Source: Candidatus Heimdallarchaeota archaeon (GTDB taxonomy: Archaea > Asgardarchaeota > Heimdallarchaeia > Hodarchaeales > Hodarchaeaceae). Taken from it: a DNA stretch of 11,390 nt. The notes beneath the pieces are model-generated. The model was not told the origin of the DNA. It searched no databases and saw only the letters and a program-made list of their open reading frames with translations. Below are positions 7,796 through 11,390 of this stretch, piece after piece (position 1 is the stretch's first letter; each line of letters opens with the position of its first letter). The stretch lies in assembly GCA_019057635.1 (NCBI GenBank), contig DXJL01000105.1, forward strand, positions 1 through 11,390, given 5' to 3'. A program made the position numbers and the translations under genes.

Positions 7796-8296
7796 ATGCC
7801 TGGAAAAATTATTCAAGGTGAAAGTAAACTAAAAGTGGGTGATGAAGCCCCTGATTTCGCTCTCCCAGCACAAGATGGGAAAAAAATTCGTTTGTCAAAT
7901 TATCAAAGGAAAAAGAATGTTATGATAGCTTTCTATCCTCAAGATTTTACTCCTGTCTGCTCACATCAGCTTCCCTCTTATAGTAAACAAGTCAGCAAGT
8001 TTGAGGAACTAAATACTCAAGTATTAGCCATTGGTGTTGCCTCAATCCCAGTCCATATTGCATGGATTGATTCTTTAGGAGGCTTAGACTACCCATTATT
8101 AGCTGATTGGGTACCCACAGGGGAAGTAAGCAAAAAATATGATGCTTTCATTCCAAAAATTGGATTTGGTAAAAGGGCAATCTTCATCATTGATAAAGAA
8201 GGGATAATTCAATATATTGATATCCCTCACGAATTAAATGAAGGGCCTCCTGACGAAGCGAAAATCTTTGCTGCATTAGAAAAACTTCAAAACTAA
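7796..8296 (+). CDS. Peroxiredoxin, AhpC/TSA family, 1-Cys AhpE-like
   Basis: VGDEAPDF, FYPQDFTPVC (PxxxTxxC), YPLLAD, RAIFIIDKEG; only one Cys; GGTGA site 6 nt before ATG. Confidence 0.92.
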   Translation: MPGKIIQGESKLKVGDEAPDFALPAQDGKKIRLSNYQRKKNVMIAFYPQDFTPVCSHQLPSYSKQVSKFEELNTQVLAIGVASIPVHIAWIDSLGGLDYPLLADWVPTGEVSKKYDAFIPKIGFGKRAIFIIDKEGIIQYIDIPHELNEGPPDEAKIFAALEKLQN

Positions 8297-8320
8297 TTTT
8301 TTTTTCCTTTCTTTTTTTCT
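8297..8320 (+). terminator. Oligo-T terminator after the peroxiredoxin
   Basis: T9-CC-T3-C-T7 directly after TAA, no hairpin; typical archaeal signal. Confidence 0.6.
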
Positions 8321-8361
8321 ATTCCTCTACAGCTGTTTTTCTATGTGTGCAACTACCTGTG

Positions 8362-9714
8362 CTAGAGTGGAACGATTCTTGGTGTCAAATCCAATCTATC
8401 CCATAATTTAATCGCAGAATCTTTCGACTGTTGACTGACTTGACTGGCATCAAGGGAAGTATGGATACCATTTTTTACAATCGTTTTTCCATTCACCACT
8501 ACTCGCTTGATATCTCTTCGTGAAAACGAACCGTATACCATATGTCCATACACATTTCCTTCGTGTATGGGAGTAGGTAAAGCAGAGGTATCTAAAATAA
8601 CGAAATCCCCTTTTTTTCCCACCTCAATTGATCCAATTTGATCCTTTAATCCTATGGCCTGTGCAGCATTAATCGTGATCATTTGAATTACCTGTAAGGG
8701 TGTTGGAACCTGACTGGGATTTAGGTGATTCAACTTATGCATAAGATAGGCTGTTCGCATATTCTCAATTGCATCGTAAATAAATCCATCATTCCCTACA
8801 CCGATGTTTATCCCCTTTTCTAGCATCTCAGGTAATTGAGCAACACCAACCGCGTTAAGTTCATTACTCTTCGGATTATGGGCAACACTTGTATTTGTTT
8901 CAGCAATTAGGTCAATTTCACGTTGATTAATATGTACAGCATGAGCGAGAGCTGTTCTTGATCCAAGGAATCCTTCATCATATAGCCGCTCTACTGTACG
9001 TTTTCCATATCTCTCAAGATTGTGGTGAAGGTCAACCAGTCCTTCAGAAGTATGAATTGTCCTAAAAGAATTTGTCTTATCAGCATATTCAACCGTTTTA
9101 TGTATCAATTCATCTGACACCGTGAAAGATGCGTGCAAACAATAAATACCATGAACAAGCGTTTTTTCAGGATTATTTTGAGAGATGAATCTGCGATTTT
9201 CCTCTAATCCTCTTCTCCCTTCTTCTTGAGATCGACGTTCAGTTTGTTCAAAACAAATTGCTCCTCGTGTGCCAACGTCTTGTGTGGCTTTACTGATTCG
9301 ATCAAGTGATCCTTCAATAGCATTTGGGCCAGAATAGGTATCTAGGTAAGCAGTAACTCCATTTAATGCTAACTCATATACAGCATACAATGTAGATGTA
9401 TAAGCATCTTCTAATGTGAGAGCTTCATCCATGGGCCACCAAATTCTTTGTAAATTTTGAGTAAAGTCGGTAGGGGGTACAATGTTCATTGGTGCGCCTC
9501 GAAGTAACGCTGAATACAAATGTGTATGAGAACAGATAAATCCAGGAAAAATCACCTGATTTTCGCAATCGATTATCTCATCAGCTTTTTTCTTAATCTC
9601 TTTGTCGAGTTCGACAATTTCTCCTCCCTCAACCAACACATCCATAGATGAAATTATTTCATCCTTTGCATTCATGGTTACTACTAAACCATTTTTTAGT
9701 AATAGACTTTCCAT
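8362..9714 (-). CDS. ssnA: SsnA-like metal-dependent amidohydrolase (450 aa)
   Basis: PGFICSHTHLYSALLRG, PPTDFTQNLQRIWWPMDEAL, CFEQTER, LHASFTVSD, IHTSEG, LAHAVH, HNPKSN, GNDG match the SsnA branch of the amidohydrolase superfamily as I recall it. Start moved from 9804 to ATG 9714 (GGAG site upstream; LLLKNG is a normal family N-terminus). Confidence 0.8.
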   Translation of the reverse strand: MESLLLKNGLVVTMNAKDEIISSMDVLVEGGEIVELDKEIKKKADEIIDCENQVIFPGFICSHTHLYSALLRGAPMNIVPPTDFTQNLQRIWWPMDEALTLEDAYTSTLYAVYELALNGVTAYLDTYSGPNAIEGSLDRISKATQDVGTRGAICFEQTERRSQEEGRRGLEENRRFISQNNPEKTLVHGIYCLHASFTVSDELIHKTVEYADKTNSFRTIHTSEGLVDLHHNLERYGKRTVERLYDEGFLGSRTALAHAVHINQREIDLIAETNTSVAHNPKSNELNAVGVAQLPEMLEKGINIGVGNDGFIYDAIENMRTAYLMHKLNHLNPSQVPTPLQVIQMITINAAQAIGLKDQIGSIEVGKKGDFVILDTSALPTPIHEGNVYGHMVYGSFSRRDIKRVVVNGKTIVKNGIHTSLDASQVSQQSKDSAIKLWDRLDLTPRIVPL

Positions 9715-10035
9715 CTTTATATCTCCGCAAAATATTTGTTTGGAATTATCCACATCGAATTTCTTACTATGCTTTGCGATATGAGGGTTAAAAGAATTAA
9801 ACATTGTGGAGGAAAGATTCTGCGAAAAATCAAAGAAAATTTCTTATTTGGTGCAATAATTCATCATTCATGCTCCTGAGAGTATTCATTGAAGGATTTT
9901 TCAGAATGTATTTTTATAAGGTATCTCACGTTCTCTCAAAGGATAGGAAATATAAAGGTAATATTGTGATGAATTATACATTGACGAACAAGAATTACGA
10001 TTGAAGTAAATGATTAAATGTTATGAGGACATAAA

Positions 10036-11390
10036 ATGATAAAAATTAGACAATTCGCTCTACTTCTTTCTTTCACATTAGCCTTTTCTTTCCTATTTCT
10101 AATGGTTGAAGGAAAAGAAACAACTTATGGAACTAATTTCAGATTTTCAAATGAATTTTCATCTCAAGACGCTTTCAAATCATTAAATCGGATCTATTCA
10201 AGTTACCCGAGTCATACTGATATTCCCCAAGCAAATTTTACGGGTACATATAATGTAACACTGTTTGCCAATCCCGATAATGCTGATGAGGTTATTTTTC
10301 GTTATCTGTCAAGTGCTCAATCGTCAGTATTTGTATCCATGTATACTATCAGCAGACCTGATTTTAATCAAACACTAATTGACTTGAAAACTTCAAATCC
10401 ATCAATTAATATTAGTGTATTAATTTCAGATCGAAGAGTTGGTAGTACTGAGAACAGGGATACCGCAGCAGCTGCTCAATCTCTTGTTGATACTGGAATA
10501 CCCGTTTTTTCCTCAACTACAGACGATAACAAAGTTGATGGGTTTTATCATGCAAAATATTGGATTATCGACGGAAAGCACGTCTTTGTATATTCGGGTA
10601 ATTGGAGTCCCCGCAGTGTAACACCCTACGAAGAAACATTCAGTTCTTCTGAAGGAAATAGGGATATGGGAATAGCAGTGCATGATGCTCCTGATATTGC
10701 ACTGTTCTTTAAAAATGAAGTTTGGGAAAAAGATGTTGCGGTTGCAAATGTTTGGTCAGCAACAGCGATCAAAGCCAGTTTAAATAATTTTAATTCTTCT
10801 AAAGTTTCACTAAAGATTAATTCTCCCCAACTTTACTCTCCAATTTTTAATTCAACCAATATTATGGGAGAGATGACAATTTCTCCGATGTTTACTCCTG
10901 ATAATGCATTAGATATTCACAAAGCATGGATAGATAGTGCTACATCTACCATTGAGATTCAAAATCAATATATTACCCAATTTGATGATAATGTACCTTG
11001 GGATGATGATCCTTCTCCCCTGGTTCGTTCCCTAGTAAATGCCCATAATAGAGGCGTTCAGATTCGTGTTCAGGTGAACGAGGACAGTGATTCAGATGAT
11101 ATTTCAGAATATCTTGTCAATAAAGGTATTGAGGTAAAATGGATGGGTAATTCATCTAGTAGCACTGATGGGTGGTTATCAGATACCCACAATAAACTGC
11201 TCATAATTGATGGAGAGGTGACTTTACTCTCATCTATAAATTTTGGTGAAAATGGTTTCACAAATAATCGTGAAGCAGGAATGGTAATCCAAAATACGAA
11301 TGTAGCGAATTATTACTTATCAATATTTGATGCAGATTGGATAGATGGAGAAATTCCTCCCTATGTTGTCATTACAGATACTACAACAAC
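10036..11390 (+). CDS. Secreted phospholipase D-superfamily protein with two HKD domains, 3' end outside the window
   Basis: Not in ORF track; open from ATG 10036 (GAGGA upstream) to window end. Signal-like N-terminus MIKIRQFALLLSFTLAFSFLFLMVEG; HAKYWIID...SGNW (from 10549) and HNKLLIID...SSINF (from 11188), each followed by NRD/NRE; ends ITDTTT at the edge. Confidence 0.9.
   Translation, partial: MIKIRQFALLLSFTLAFSFLFLMVEGKETTYGTNFRFSNEFSSQDAFKSLNRIYSSYPSHTDIPQANFTGTYNVTLFANPDNADEVIFRYLSSAQSSVFVSMYTISRPDFNQTLIDLKTSNPSINISVLISDRRVGSTENRDTAAAAQSLVDTGIPVFSSTTDDNKVDGFYHAKYWIIDGKHVFVYSGNWSPRSVTPYEETFSSSEGNRDMGIAVHDAPDIALFFKNEVWEKDVAVANVWSATAIKASLNNFNSSKVSLKINSPQLYSPIFNSTNIMGEMTISPMFTPDNALDIHKAWIDSATSTIEIQNQYITQFDDNVPWDDDPSPLVRSLVNAHNRGVQIRVQVNEDSDSDDISEYLVNKGIEVKWMGNSSSSTDGWLSDTHNKLLIIDGEVTLLSSINFGENGFTNNREAGMVIQNTNVANYYLSIFDADWIDGEIPPYVVITDTTT

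Noticed and set aside
7796-8296. Selenocysteine peroxiredoxin
   Set aside because: The peroxidatic residue is encoded by TGC and there is no in-frame TGA.
9715-9804. 30-aa N-terminal extension of the amidohydrolase in the ORF track
   Set aside because: Better ribosome-binding site and family-typical N-terminus at ATG 9714.
9804-10004. 66-aa ORF in the ssnA/PLD gap
   Set aside because: TTG start, no recognisable motif, lies over the presumed divergent promoter region; cannot be supported.
497-11261. Short ORFs 497-730, 744-932, 1481-1714, 5464-5757, 6889-7080, 7062-7253, 7250-7441, 9602-9784, 10439-10621, 11070-11261
   Set aside because: Antisense or off-frame shadows of well-supported genes, with no motifs.
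1-11390. CRISPR array, IS element, tRNA or rRNA
   Set aside because: No spaced direct repeats, transposase or cloverleaf signatures seen; all gaps are under 400 bp.

Overview
AT-rich prokaryotic window, most likely archaeal (GGTGA/GGAGG ribosome-binding sites, oligo-T terminators, archaeal-style pyrB-pyrI; an Asgard/Heimdallarchaeia-like origin is only my impression). The left 6 kb is a compact de novo pyrimidine cluster: pyrE (partial, -), pyrF-pyrC (+), and a converging pyrB-pyrI-pyrD-pyrK operon (-). That operon is headed by a 66-codon N-terminal fragment of CTP synthase (pyrG') joined to pyrB by a TAATG overlap. No carAB is visible in the window. To the right are a YgeW-like knotted carbamoyltransferase (-), a 1-Cys AhpE-like peroxiredoxin (+), an SsnA-like amidohydrolase (-) and a secreted two-HKD phospholipase D-family protein (+, partial, absent from the ORF track). 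Best leads: (1) the pyrG fragment in leader position; (2) YgeW-like and SsnA-like purine-catabolism homologues next to a pyr cluster, suggesting catabolic carbamoyl phosphate could feed PyrB; (3) a 9-mer shared by three divergent intergenic regions. No mobile elements, CRISPR arrays, tRNA or rRNA seen.
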